Assembly: GCA_913044115.1 (NCBI GenBank)
Contig: CAJWNO010000003.1
Coordinates: 1-56,932 of the forward strand
Direction: 5' to 3'
Length of the DNA: 56,932 nucleotides
DNA from: an uncultured Gammaproteobacteria bacterium
GTDB lineage: Bacteria; Pseudomonadota; Gammaproteobacteria; Magnimaribacterales; TMED112
Shown here one piece after another: positions 35,978 through 49,646 of the stretch; position 1 is the first letter of the stretch, and every line of letters starts with the position of its first letter. Under the pieces are notes generated by a model. The model saw nothing but the letters and a program-made list of their open reading frames with translations. It was not told the DNA's origin and searched no databases. The position numbers and the translations under genes are program-made.

Positions 35978-36062
35978 TGGTAGGGATGGAGGGAGTCGAA
36001 CCCCCACGCCTTACGGCACTGGAACCTAAATCCAGCGTGTCTGCCAGTTCCACCACATCCCC
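35978..36062 (-). tRNA. tRNA-Leu (anticodon UAG), long variable arm, CCA encoded
   Basis: Reverse complement reads GGGGATGTGGTGGAACTGGCAGACACGCTGGATTTAGGTTCCAGTGCCGTAAGGCGTGGGGGTTCGACTCCCTCCATCCCTACCA. Anticodon stem CTGGA/TCCAG with loop TTTAGGT, a class II variable arm and a GGTTCGACTCC T-arm. Confidence 0.9.
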
Positions 36063-36077
36063 GGTAGATTGCATATT

Positions 36078-36290
36078 CTATATGACAAAAGCGAGTATTA
36101 AACCTAAAACAGCAAAAATAACCCACATAATTGTTTCGTTTTGATTGCCCTTTTTAAAGGCCATATAGGCTAAAACCCAGAAAACAATGGGAGAAAGTAG
36201 CAAAAAAGCTTTACCAACTAAAATGGCTACTGGTATCAAACAAACAACCAGAAGTACTTTAAAAAAAGTCTCATTCAGTAGATTGTTCAC
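36078..36290 (-). CDS. Small 2-TM membrane protein, unknown function
   Basis: 70 aa. GTG start. Overlaps the end of the upstream coiled-coil gene by 20 nt. Confidence 0.4.
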   Translation of the reverse strand: MNNLLNETFFKVLLVVCLIPVAILVGKAFLLLSPIVFWVLAYMAFKKGNQNETIMWVIFAVLGLILAFVI

Positions 36291-36930
36291 TCTCGCTCTC
36301 CTCTTTTAAATCTTTTAATTCTTTTTCAATTGCCTGTAGATCTCTTGTAAGACCATTTAACCTATTAAGGACATCAGCAACTTTCTGATTGTTTTGTCTT
36401 CTGTAAGAATCAACGGCATCAATTGATGCTTGATTATCTTCAATAACCTGTTTTTGTTTGTTTAGCTCATTAGTGACCAAAGTTATTTTTAACTGTAGAT
36501 CTTCTGCCAACTGAATTTTTTGATTTATTGCAGTCAGTTGATCTTCAAGTCCTGTAGAAATAGCCTTTAAATTCTTAATGCTTTTCTCGTTTTGAATGGA
36601 CTTATTCTCTTGGGCTTTGAACTTATCTAAATAACCCTTTCTGTGTCCCCATAATTTTCTTACCTCTTTATCCAAAAAAGCTATTTGATCAGTCATAGTT
36701 TCCATATTCTGCTCTGAGTCTTCATTGGTAATTGATAGCTTGCCCTCTATCACTTCAATCTTGTCTGATATTTCAGTCAGAGCATTACCATTATTATTCT
36801 TCTGCTCTTCGATATAGAAATACATACCAACTAGAGAAGCCATAACGATAACAACTAGCAACGCGCTAAACATTACTTGACCATCGCCCTTGGATTTTCT
36901 TCTTGGTGGTATTCTGGTTGGTTGGCTCAT
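36271..36930 (-). CDS. Membrane-anchored coiled-coil protein, unknown function
   Basis: 219 aa. Basic N-terminus (PPRRKSKGDG), one TM (MFSALLVVIVMASLVGMYFYI), then about 170 aa of heptad-rich, Q/E/K/N-rich sequence. Confidence 0.55.
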   Translation of the reverse strand: MSQPTRIPPRRKSKGDGQVMFSALLVVIVMASLVGMYFYIEEQKNNNGNALTEISDKIEVIEGKLSITNEDSEQNMETMTDQIAFLDKEVRKLWGHRKGYLDKFKAQENKSIQNEKSIKNLKAISTGLEDQLTAINQKIQLAEDLQLKITLVTNELNKQKQVIEDNQASIDAVDSYRRQNNQKVADVLNRLNGLTRDLQAIEKELKDLKEESESEQSTE

Positions 36931-36982
36931 AGTAGTATTCTAAAGCAAAAATTACGCTTGTGAATGAACTTAGATTAGACTG

Positions 36983-37570
36983 ATGGTTATGAATTTAAAT
37001 AATAAGAATGAAATCCTCAAAAGAGCAAACTTCCTATTGAGAGATGGAATTAAGAATAGAGATTCTTTATTTCATACACCAATAATAAGCACACTTAATG
37101 ATAAGCAAATATCTTCAAGAGTAATGGTTTTAAGGGATCATAATGCTGCTAAAAGAATAGTTAGATTTCACTCAGATGTTCGTTCAGATAAAATTTCTGA
37201 ATTAAAAATAAATAAAAATATTGCTGTAATTGGATATGATCCAAATCTCAAGACACAAATAAGACTTTCAGGATTAGCTAAAATAAATCATAAAAATAAT
37301 TTGGCAAAAAAGGCATGGAATGAATCACAAGCCATTTCAAAAAAATGCTATTCCGTTAAAGATGGATCAAGTTTCAAAATGGAAAAGCCCGAACTTTACG
37401 ACTTTCACATGAAAGACATTGTGGTTGAGGAAGGTTATGAGAATTTCTGTACTATTGAAGTTCACTATAGTTCATTGGAATTTTTATACTTGCAGAGACA
37501 AGGCCATAGAAGATGTAAATTCACATGGAACAAACAAGGGAAACTTAGAAGTTTCTGGTTGGTGCCTTAA
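36983..37570 (+). CDS. Pyridoxamine 5'-phosphate oxidase-family (FMN-binding split barrel) protein
   Basis: 195 aa. The pattern RVMVLRDHN...IVRFHSDVRSDKISEL...IRLSG is typical of PNPOx-like proteins. Confidence 0.6.
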   Translation: MVMNLNNKNEILKRANFLLRDGIKNRDSLFHTPIISTLNDKQISSRVMVLRDHNAAKRIVRFHSDVRSDKISELKINKNIAVIGYDPNLKTQIRLSGLAKINHKNNLAKKAWNESQAISKKCYSVKDGSSFKMEKPELYDFHMKDIVVEEGYENFCTIEVHYSSLEFLYLQRQGHRRCKFTWNKQGKLRSFWLVP

Positions 37571-38073
37571 AAAACAAGCTCAGATAAAAAGCTCTCTACG
37601 TATTTGCTGATTTCTTCCTGTGAAAGTTTTAACTCAGAATCAACATATTTTGTAGATCTAAGACCAGTCCAAAGCGGATCACCGCTCTCGACATCATAAA
37701 GGGTAAGTCTTAGATAAGACCTTTCTGTGTCATTTAAACTATCGTCAAAAAAAGGATCATAGTAGTAATATGGATATCTTCTTGCACTTCTTCTGTTTTT
37801 ATTTTCAACTGATAACGATATAACAGCCTTAAACCCAGGTTTTTTTGCATCTTCTGTTAAGCCTAGATTCTCCAGTTGCTCACTAAATTCTTTCTTTAAT
37901 CCGGCATTAGTGAATGGACTAACTTTTACGTCTTCACTTTTATCAGATATTGAGACCATAAAGGTTTCATAATCGTTTAGATTAAAAGTGCTTACTTTTT
38001 CTACGCTTACAGGGTTGGAACTACATCCAACAATCACTATTAATGATAGAAGTGCTAATATTTTTTTATACAT
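37567..38073 (-). CDS. Lipoprotein (DUF4136-like)
   Basis: 168 aa. Lipobox IVGC. Size and pattern resemble DUF4136 outer-membrane lipoproteins (by recall). Confidence 0.55.
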   Translation of the reverse strand: MYKKILALLSLIVIVGCSSNPVSVEKVSTFNLNDYETFMVSISDKSEDVKVSPFTNAGLKKEFSEQLENLGLTEDAKKPGFKAVISLSVENKNRRSARRYPYYYYDPFFDDSLNDTERSYLRLTLYDVESGDPLWTGLRSTKYVDSELKLSQEEISKYVESFLSELVF

Positions 38074-38125
38074 ACTTTATTTATGACCTAAATTATATAT
38101 ATTAGTTCAATTAAAATAATTCAAG

Positions 38126-41004
38126 ATGAATAACTACAAACTTATAGATAAAAAAAATAATCCCTCACTGGGCTTTGATGCAGAAAGATATTTATTGGAT
38201 GAATATGCCTCCGAACACATCCACCTGAAAAACAATTCAAAAGAGCTAGTCTTCATGGTTATGTTTAGAACCATACCAGAAGATTCTTCTGGTGTAGCTC
38301 ATATTCTTGAGCACACAACATTATGCGGTTCTGAAAAATTTAAAGTAAGAGATCCGTTTTTTATGATGTTAAGAAGATCTATGAGTACCTTTATGAATGC
38401 TTTTACTGCAAGTGACTGGACAGCCTACCCTTTTGCAACTCAAAGTAAGAAAGATTTTTACAACCTTCTGGATGTATATCTTGATGCAGTTTATTTTCCG
38501 TTGCTTGAGGAGCAAGACTTTATGCAGGAAGGACATAGACTTGAATTCTCGAAATTTGATAAAAGTAGTACTGACCTTGAATACAAAGGTGTGGTTTTTA
38601 ATGAAATGAAAGGCTCAATGAGCAATATTACAAATACTACATGGCAAGCTTTAACTAGAAATTTATTTCCAGATCTAACCTATAGACACAATAGTGGTGG
38701 GGAACCAGAAGATATTACCTCATTAACACACGACTATTTAAAGGGCTTCCATCAAAAGTTCTATCATCCTTCAAATGCCACTTATTTCACTTGGGGGGAT
38801 TTAGATGCTAAAGAGATTCAAACCTACATCAATAAGAAACTAGCTAAGAAATTTAAAAAGGTTGAAGAGAAAAACATTGAAATAGTCAAAGAACAAAAAC
38901 CATTCAAAAAATCCGTTGTAGCGAATGAATTCTTTAACCCGGTATCCAAAGAGCAATCAGGACACCAAAATTACACAGCATGGGTTTTGGGTGAAAGTTT
39001 TGATATCAATCAATTATTGGAAGCACATTTAATTTCCTTATTACTCATGGATAATTCATCATCTCCTCTATATGGAGCTTTAGAATCAAATGATATAAGT
39101 AAATCTCCTGCTCAAATATTAGGCCTTGAAGATAGCATGAGGCATCTTGTTTTTATTTGTGGAGTTGAAGGTACAGAAGAAAATAGTCAAGACAAATTCA
39201 ATAGCCTCCTTGAAAAGACTTTTAAGGATGTTTTGAAAAATGGTTTTTCCGATGAACAAGTATCTTCAGCACTCTATCAGCTTGAGTTAAATAGAAGAGA
39301 GATTTCATCTAATTCTCTGCCATATGGGCTACAAATATTATTATCAATGGCCCCTGGTGCATTGTATAAGGCTAATCCATTAGAATTATCCAACGTTGAT
39401 GAAGCTCTAATCAGATTAAGAGAAAATGTTAAGAAAGATGGCTATTTAACAGGATTGGTCGAGAAATTTTTTGTTAAGAATAATCACAGAGTTGATCTTG
39501 AAATGGTTCCAGACCCAGAGCTCATTAATAAAAAAGAATCCGAGCTCAAAAAGATCCTAGACAACATTAAGTCTTCTATGAGTAGCAAAGATAAACTCGA
39601 TTTAGTGAATAAGTCTAAAGAACTAGCTGATCGACAAAATGCTGTACCCAACAAAGAAGTTTTACCAAAACTTGAATTAAATGATGTACCGAAAAGTATA
39701 AGTTTTCCGAAAACTAAAAAACTTTCAACATTTGGCTATTCTCCAAGTTTCTATGAGCAACCTACCAATGGACTTACATATAATTCTGTCAGTAAAAGTT
39801 TAGATATTAGCTCTCAAGATGAGTTGAATAGCTTAATGATTCTATCTGCCTTGCTTGGAAAGGTAGGAGCTGGCGATAAAGATCATGTACAGCTCCAACA
39901 AGAAATATCTCGTATATCTGGTGGCATAAGTGTTTCAAATCACTTTTTCTACGATAAAAATGAAGAACTGAAAGGCAGAACTACTCTCTCCTCCAAGTTT
40001 CTTCCTGAAAATACAGTCGATACAACAAAACTAATCTTTGAGATACTCAAGAAAACAGATTTTACACATCACGAAAGAATTAAAGAACTTATGTTCCAAA
40101 ACTTTATGGGCTTTCAACAATCAATAGTTGAGAATGGGCACAGATTCGCTATGTTAGGAGCCAGTGCAAGCCACAATAAATTATCGCATGTTCAAGAATC
40201 TCTTGGTGGCCTAAGTGCAATTTCTAAATTTGCTCCTTTTGTTACTCAACAGGATGATCTTATGAAAAAAGAAATTGAAAAAGTTGAGAATATGTATAAC
40301 AAGTTTGATGAAATGAAGAGTGAGTTGCTGTTTGTTTCAAACAATAAGCTAAACAAAGATCAAATTAATCAAATTAGATCAATAGATTTCAAGAAAGATG
40401 GCTCAAGTAGTGTGAACGTTGATTTTATAAAAACTTTCAATAAAGTTGTTTTTCCAATCAACACACAGGTTAACTTTTCAGCTATGTCAATTGATGCACC
40501 ACTATATGATGTTAAGGATTCACCAAAATTCCTTATTCTCTCAAGTTTAATGCGAAATGAATTTTTACATAAAAGAGTTAGAGAACAGGGAGGTGCTTAC
40601 GGTGGTGGCGCTTCATATGATCCATTTTCTGGAACATTTAAATTCTTCTCATATAGAGATCCAAGGTTTATTGAAACTATTGAAGATTTCCAAAGCGCAC
40701 TCAGTTGGGCATCGCTTGGCAGCTTCGATGAAAATATGATTTTAGAGAGCAAACTTTCAGTGTTGTCTGATATTGATAAACCATCTTCTCCAGCAGGCGA
40801 AGCTTTCAAAGATTTCAGGCTTTCAAGTGAAGATAAAACACAAAAGATGAGAGAAGAGTACAGAAAAAATATATTTTCAGTTTCAAAAGAAGATTTAGTA
40901 GAAGCTGCTACTTCACTAAAATCAAAACCTTATAGTGTGTTTTCTATTATTAATCCTAATCTAGAGAAAGTTGCTCAAGAGCATGATTTCTTAATTAAAA
41001 GAAT

Positions 41005-41008
<4 letters not shown>
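38126..41008 (+). CDS. M16-family (insulinase/PreP-like) zinc metallopeptidase
   Basis: 960 aa. Inverted zinc motif HxxEH (VAHILEHTTLCGS). The length and four-domain layout match M16C presequence-protease-like enzymes. Confidence 0.85.
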
Positions 41009-44201
<3,193 letters not shown>

Positions 44202-44205
<4 letters not shown>

Positions 44206-46412
44206 GATTGTGCTAGCTCCATTGCCTGCTCAACATCAACTGATACAACTTTTGAAACACCTAGATCTCTCATCGTCACCCCAAGTAGATGTGTGCTTTT
44301 TTCCATTGAAATTTTATTATGCGTCACGAAAATAAACTGAACTTTTTCAGACATCTCATTTACTAAATTTATGAATCTAGCTGTGTTTTCATCATCCAGT
44401 GGCGCATCAACCTCATCTAATAAACAAAAAGGTGCTGGATTGATTGAAAATAGTGAAAAAACAAGCGCTAAAGCTGTTAATGCTTTTTCACCTCCTGATA
44501 ATTGAGATAATTTTGTATTCTTTTTACCAGGCAATCTTGCCATTAACATTAATCCAGAGTCTTCTGTCTTATCAAGCAGATCTAATTTACAGAAACCACC
44601 ACCAAAAAGTTTTGGGAACATCTCTTCTAGATGCTTATTCACTGAATTAAGACAATCATGGAAAGATTTATTTGACTCCCGATCAATTTTTTTGATGGCC
44701 TCATCTAATTTATTAAGTGATACTTCAAGTTCTTCTATCTGACCACTTAAAACTTCTTTTCTTTGCACTTCAGCTTCAAGAGTTTCTGGCGCAGCAAAGT
44801 TTATTGGCCCAAGGTTCATTATTCTTTTTTGTAACTTTTCTAGGTCAACAATAATTTCTTCTCTCTCTCCCTCAATATCTTTAATTTCCTCAAAACTATG
44901 TAGTTTTTCTTGTTTCTCTTTTACCTCTATTTCGATACTTCTCTTGTTTAGTTCTTTTTCATTTCTTTGGTGCACAATTCGATCTTTTTCTGTCTCTAGC
45001 TTTGTAATCTCTGATTCAAAATTACGTAACTCTTCATTCGCTTTATCTTGATTTGCTTTAAGCTCCATAACTTTAAGTTCTTGATTTTTTCTTAACTCAA
45101 TAAAATTTGTCAGCTCAGATTTTTCTTTACCAAGCTCTTTTTTTAGACTTTCTACTTCATTAATAATTTGTTTATTCCTCTCAGCAAACTGTTTTTTTAG
45201 TGAATCAATCTTTTCTGATGCATCACCACTTTGGCCTTGGCCAAATTCATAACCTTTTTGCCAAAAGTTTTGAAAACTTGCTGTTAATTGTGTTTCATCC
45301 TTACTCGATAAATCTGCTTCAAGTTTTGCTATTGCTTTTAGGGAGTCAGATTTGATTTGTTCAAGAATTTTTTTATCTAAGTCATCCATTGAATTGTCTG
45401 ATGAACCTAGTTCTTTTGATAAATCGTCTAAATTTGTAATGTTTTTCTTTTCTTCATTAATTAGATCATTAATTCTGACATTAACAGTTCTTTCTTTTTC
45501 CTCTATTAGAGATATTTTAGCTCCAGCTTCAAAAAAACTTCTTTGTTCATCTTCTAATTCTTTCAAACCTTCCATAAGCTTTGTTTTTACGACATCTCTT
45601 TTTGCAACAAAATTTAATCTGTCGCCATCAATTTTTTCAAGATCTTTATCTATAGAATCATTTTCTTTTTGAGATTCATTCATTGAAGCTAAAAGAACTT
45701 TAAGATCGTCATTCACAATGAATTTTTGGAATTCTTGCTCCTTGACTCGTAATTTCTTATATCTGGATGTTAAGTTTGCTTCTGCTTTTAATCTTCTAAT
45801 GGATCTTTTTACTTCGTCTTCTAAGTCTTTAAGTCTTGAAATATTTTCAGAAGTTCGTCTAATTCGTGATTCTGTCTCTCTTTTACGTTCTTTATATTTT
45901 GAAATGCCAGCTGCTTCTTCTACATAGCTTCTAAGTTCTTCTGGCTTAGCACCTACTAGACTTGAGATTATGCCTTGTTCAATGATGGCATAACTATTGC
46001 CGCCCAACCCTGTTCCTAAGAATAAGTCTTGCACATCTCTTCTTCTAGCTACTGCATTATTTATAAAGTAAGTGGACTGGCCATCACGACCCATCTCTCT
46101 TTTGACACTTACCTCATCAAATTTAAGGTACTCTCCCCCTAAAAAATTTTCTGAATTATCGAATGCCAGTTCAACTGAGCAATGACTTACAGGCTTTCTT
46201 GAATCTGAGCCATTGAATATAACGTCCTGAAGACTTTCACTACGTAAGCTTTTAGCTGATAGCTCGCCTTTTACCCATTTAATAGCATCGATAATGTTTG
46301 ATTTACCACAACCATTTGGGCCAACAATGCCACACATGATTCCCGGAAAATCAATTTCGATTGGGTCAACAAAACTTTTAAACCCTGCTAATTTTAAGCT
46401 TTTTAGTCTCAT
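44202..46412 (-). CDS. smc: SMC-family chromosome condensation ATPase, unusually short (no hinge domain)
   Basis: 736 aa. Walker A GPNGCGKSN, signature LSGGEKALTALAL, Walker B FCLLDEVDAPLD. Two coiled-coil arms are joined by a 14-residue loop. smc-zipA-ligA synteny. Confidence 0.8.
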
Positions 46413-46795
46413 TTAGTTTTTTTTATAGTATATGTGGTTACAAGCAATATAGATATAATCAAAACCATTAAAGGCACTAGAAATAACGTTTTATTGTCAT
46501 CTATATCAGTTTTCAAAATAACATACTCTCCATACCTTTCTTCCATCAAATTAAAGATTTCATCATCAGAATAACCATCATTTATTAACTGAGCTATCTC
46601 TTCTTTTAAGTCTTTAGATATTGGCGCATTTGAGCTGCTAATATTGCCATAAGAGCATTTTGGGCATCTGATATTATCTGATAAGTAATTGAGGCGCTTT
46701 AACTCCTCAGAATCTAAATTTTCATAAAGGCTTTCAGCGCAGATTGGCAGAATGAAGATTATTATTATTTTAAAAATATTGCGCAAATTTTTCAT
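46409..46795 (-). CDS. ccmH: Cytochrome c-type biogenesis protein CcmH
   Basis: 128 aa. Signal sequence, RCPKC (LRCxxC-type) motif followed by SSSNAPISKDL, and a C-terminal TM. Confidence 0.85.
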   Translation of the reverse strand: MKNLRNIFKIIIIFILPICAESLYENLDSEELKRLNYLSDNIRCPKCSYGNISSSNAPISKDLKEEIAQLINDGYSDDEIFNLMEERYGEYVILKTDIDDNKTLFLVPLMVLIISILLVTTYTIKKTK

Positions 46796-47285
46796 TCCAA
46801 ATCTCCATATTTACTTCACCAATTCTGTGGCTAACTATAACTCCATCAATTAATAGAAATGTCTCAGGGGCCCCTGTTACACCTAATTTAAGAGAAAATT
46901 CACCCGATAAATCATATATCGAAAAAATATAGGGATCTCCATTTTCGAGTAAGTATTTCTCAGCATTAAAACTTTGATCTTTATAATTTATTCCAATTAG
47001 TTTTACATCTTTTGATTGAGTGATAGATTTTAGAAATGGGTGCTCTACTAAACATGTAATACACCAACTAGCCCAAACATTAAGAAGCACTTTCCCTTCA
47101 AGCAAAGACTCAAGTGGTATTTGATTCCCTTCTATATCGTAAAGATCATCTACAATATTGAGGCTTTTTCCTTCTTGATTTTCAATTAATGCTATCTCTT
47201 CTTTTTCCACCAGAGATAGGCTAAAAGTCGCAATCATAAGGACTAGAATAGCCATTATTAAAACTAAAAAAATTCTAGTAGCCAT
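46770..47285 (-). CDS. ccmG: Thiol:disulfide oxidoreductase CcmG/DsbE
   Basis: 171 aa. N-terminal anchor and a thioredoxin fold with WASWCITC. Confidence 0.85.
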   Translation of the reverse strand: MATRIFLVLIMAILVLMIATFSLSLVEKEEIALIENQEGKSLNIVDDLYDIEGNQIPLESLLEGKVLLNVWASWCITCLVEHPFLKSITQSKDVKLIGINYKDQSFNAEKYLLENGDPYIFSIYDLSGEFSLKLGVTGAPETFLLIDGVIVSHRIGEVNMEIWNEKFAQYF

Positions 47286-49083
47286 GTCTTCTTATTGTCC
47301 CATAAAGCATTGCGAAGAGTAACAGAATTGATGAAATCCAAATCATCATGATGCCATAATTAATTGAATATCTAATTGACCATGAACCATCTTGATACCT
47401 ATCACCCAAAACAACATGATAATCCTTTATCAATGATGAAGAGATACCAGTCTCAGCAGTAATAACTCCACCGATCTTATAAACTCTCTTTTCAGAAACT
47501 AATGTTTTCTTAAGATTTGACTCTAGAACTGAAAAGCTAGCTACAACACTATCAAAATTGGCTTGCCCCTCGACATTAATTGACTCTAATTTAAGCGTTG
47601 CTCCAGAAAATTCTATTTCATCCCCAGGTTTGAGTTTCACATCAATAGTTTCTGAAAATTCGTGATTCAAAAGGACCGAAAAAGTAAGCAATACTACTGA
47701 CAAATGGCCAAGTATTTTATGCATTACCTTAATGTCTTTAGTGGAGAAAAATTCTACCAATGCTCTAAGTAACAAGATAATTAGTGCTAAGGCAACAAAT
47801 ATAAGTCCCAGAGTTACGGGATTAAGCTCACTGATAAAAAGAAATAAAAATACCGACGCGATAATTATAGAAATTATCAAAGTATTTCTTTGATTCGATT
47901 TTAAGTAGCCCAAGAACTGCTCAGCAAGAAATAAAGCAATTAAGACGAAAACTAGAGGGGTGATTAAGCTTGAGAAATAATCAGGTCCAATACTTAATTT
48001 TTGATTGTAAAAAACTTCAGTAACAATTGGGTAAAGCGTTCCTAAAAATACAATCAGAAGAATTACTACCAGTACTATATTATTCAAAACCAATAAATAT
48101 TGTTTTGATATAAGTTCTGGCCAATTACTTTTAAGCAGCACACTTTTTGAAAAGAATAAACCTAATGAGGCGAAGGCAAATAAAGCAAATAAGCTGAGAA
48201 GAAAAATTCCTCTACTTGGGTCTGATGCAAATGAATGCACACTATTCAAAATTCCTGATCTGACTATGAATGATCCTAGTATTGATAAAAGAAATGTACT
48301 GATACCAAGAAATACCATCCAAGATAGAAGTATTTTATTTCGGCTGTAAATTAAAGAGTGAGTAAAAGCTGTTCCAGCAAGCCATGGTAATAAAACAATA
48401 TTTTCTACAGGGTCCCAAAACCAGTAACCACCCCAACCCAACTCATAGTATGCCCAGATTGATCCTAGAAGAATAGCGAGTGTTAATGTAAACCAGGATA
48501 TTCCAGCCCATAGCTTAAGATTCTTAAAGAGCTCTTTATCAAAACCTCTAAACAGCCCTGCGATTACAAGGCTAAAGGTTACTGCATAGAAAACATACCC
48601 AGCAAATAAGACTGGTGGATGGATAGCAAGCAGAGGGTCTTGAAGTAAAGGATTAAGGTCTGTTCCATTTTTAGGCAAAATATCAAAAGTTAAGAAAGGA
48701 TTTGATGTAAAAATCTGAAATAATAAATAGAAGAACAAAATAAAAGCAATTGTTGCATTGGATATCGGTATCCACTTTTCTTCCCAAAATAACAAATTAT
48801 TTACTGCTAAGCTTCCAGACAGAAAAAGAATCATAAGTAAAAATGAGCCTTCATGTGCTGACCAAAAAGCTGAAAATTTATAAAAAACAGGCAGTAAGTT
48901 ACTGGAATTTTCAAATACATATATAAATGAAAAGTTATCTTGTAAAAATTGGTAAGCTAGATAGGCGCAAGCAATTAACAATACAGAAAAGTTTGCATAA
49001 GATAACTTGCTCCCCAAATGGATAAATTTTTTATTTAGTGAACAATAAAAAATCAATCCACATATAAGAGCTGAAAAAGACAA
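47275..49083 (-). CDS. ccmF: Cytochrome c heme lyase subunit CcmF (start uncertain; may extend to 49113 or 49119)
   Basis: 602 aa from a TTG start. WGGYWFWDPVEN tryptophan-rich motif. Conserved N-terminal residues continue upstream of the TTG (see finding). Confidence 0.9.
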   Translation of the reverse strand: MSFSALICGLIFYCSLNKKFIHLGSKLSYANFSVLLIACAYLAYQFLQDNFSFIYVFENSSNLLPVFYKFSAFWSAHEGSFLLMILFLSGSLAVNNLLFWEEKWIPISNATIAFILFFYLLFQIFTSNPFLTFDILPKNGTDLNPLLQDPLLAIHPPVLFAGYVFYAVTFSLVIAGLFRGFDKELFKNLKLWAGISWFTLTLAILLGSIWAYYELGWGGYWFWDPVENIVLLPWLAGTAFTHSLIYSRNKILLSWMVFLGISTFLLSILGSFIVRSGILNSVHSFASDPSRGIFLLSLFALFAFASLGLFFSKSVLLKSNWPELISKQYLLVLNNIVLVVILLIVFLGTLYPIVTEVFYNQKLSIGPDYFSSLITPLVFVLIALFLAEQFLGYLKSNQRNTLIISIIIASVFLFLFISELNPVTLGLIFVALALIILLLRALVEFFSTKDIKVMHKILGHLSVVLLTFSVLLNHEFSETIDVKLKPGDEIEFSGATLKLESINVEGQANFDSVVASFSVLESNLKKTLVSEKRVYKIGGVITAETGISSSLIKDYHVVLGDRYQDGSWSIRYSINYGIMMIWISSILLLFAMLYGTIRRHGY

Positions 49084-49114
49084 TAAGATATTGCCAAAAA
49101 AGTCAGGTTGTATA

Positions 49115-49525
49115 TTAATCTGACACCTCTAATTTCACAGGCATGTAGTTCTCATCGTGTTTTGCAAGAATCTCGTATGCAATGAATTTATTTTCCTCTA
49201 AAAATCCTGAAGCAACTACACCACTATTTTCTTTAAAAAGATTAGGAAGTACTCCTTTGTAAATAACCGAAATCTCATTTTCAAAATCAGTTACTACAAA
49301 GCTTACATTTAGTTCCTCGAGCATTTCGACACTGTTCTCTTTAACCATGCCTCCAAGTTTAAAATCTTCAAGTTCTTGGATTTGTTGAGCTTTTACCTCG
49401 GTAGGTGTTAAGTATAGATCTATGTTATTTTCTAAAGCTCTAAGCACAAAAAATGTTATCGCCCCAAGCGATAATAAAAAGAATGCTATTAGATAAATTC
49501 TATTTAATCTATTTTTTCTAATCAT
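49115..49525 (-). CDS. ccmE: Heme chaperone CcmE
   Basis: 136 aa. N-terminal anchor and the heme-binding motif LAKHDENYMP. Confidence 0.9.
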   Translation of the reverse strand: MIRKNRLNRIYLIAFFLLSLGAITFFVLRALENNIDLYLTPTEVKAQQIQELEDFKLGGMVKENSVEMLEELNVSFVVTDFENEISVIYKGVLPNLFKENSGVVASGFLEENKFIAYEILAKHDENYMPVKLEVSD

Positions 49526-49646
49526 CCAAATCTTCCTGGCAATTTTTTAACATGTTTATGTATCTTATATAAGAACTAAGACATAAAACTAAAATAAAAA
49601 AAATTGACAGAAAATAGGTAAAGATTACTGTCTCTATGCTATCCAT
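49518..49646 (-). CDS. ccmD: Heme exporter protein CcmD (not in the ORF track)
   Basis: Hand translation: MDSIETVIFTYFLSIFFILVLCLSSYIRYINMLKNCQEDLDD (42 aa, single TM). Start overlaps the ccmC stop (ATGGATAG) and stop overlaps the ccmE start. This is the expected ccmC-D-E position. Confidence 0.7.
   Translation of the reverse strand: MDSIETVIFTYFLSIFFILVLCLSSYIRYINMLKNCQEDLDD

Noticed and set aside
35969-36007. The longer N-terminus (MGVRLPPSLPFLT...) of the lipoprotein ORF from the ORF track
   Set aside because: It would overlap tRNA-Leu (35978-36062). The internal ATG at 35968 gives a textbook lipoprotein signal peptide (MFRFSLILSLLLTAS|C).
34259-36062. A tRNA-Leu-associated genomic island carrying the XRE regulator and small membrane proteins
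   Set aside because: No integrase, excisionase or transposase genes are present, and I saw no direct repeat of the tRNA 3' end. The genes are packed exactly like the rest of the window.
45231-45244. TTGGCCTTGGCCAA at the SMC apex as a protein-binding palindrome or recombination site
   Set aside because: It is a tandem hexamer encoding GQGQ, and each TGGCCA is trivially self-complementary. A single occurrence is not evidence for a site. It is mentioned only as a possible deletion scar in the SMC finding.
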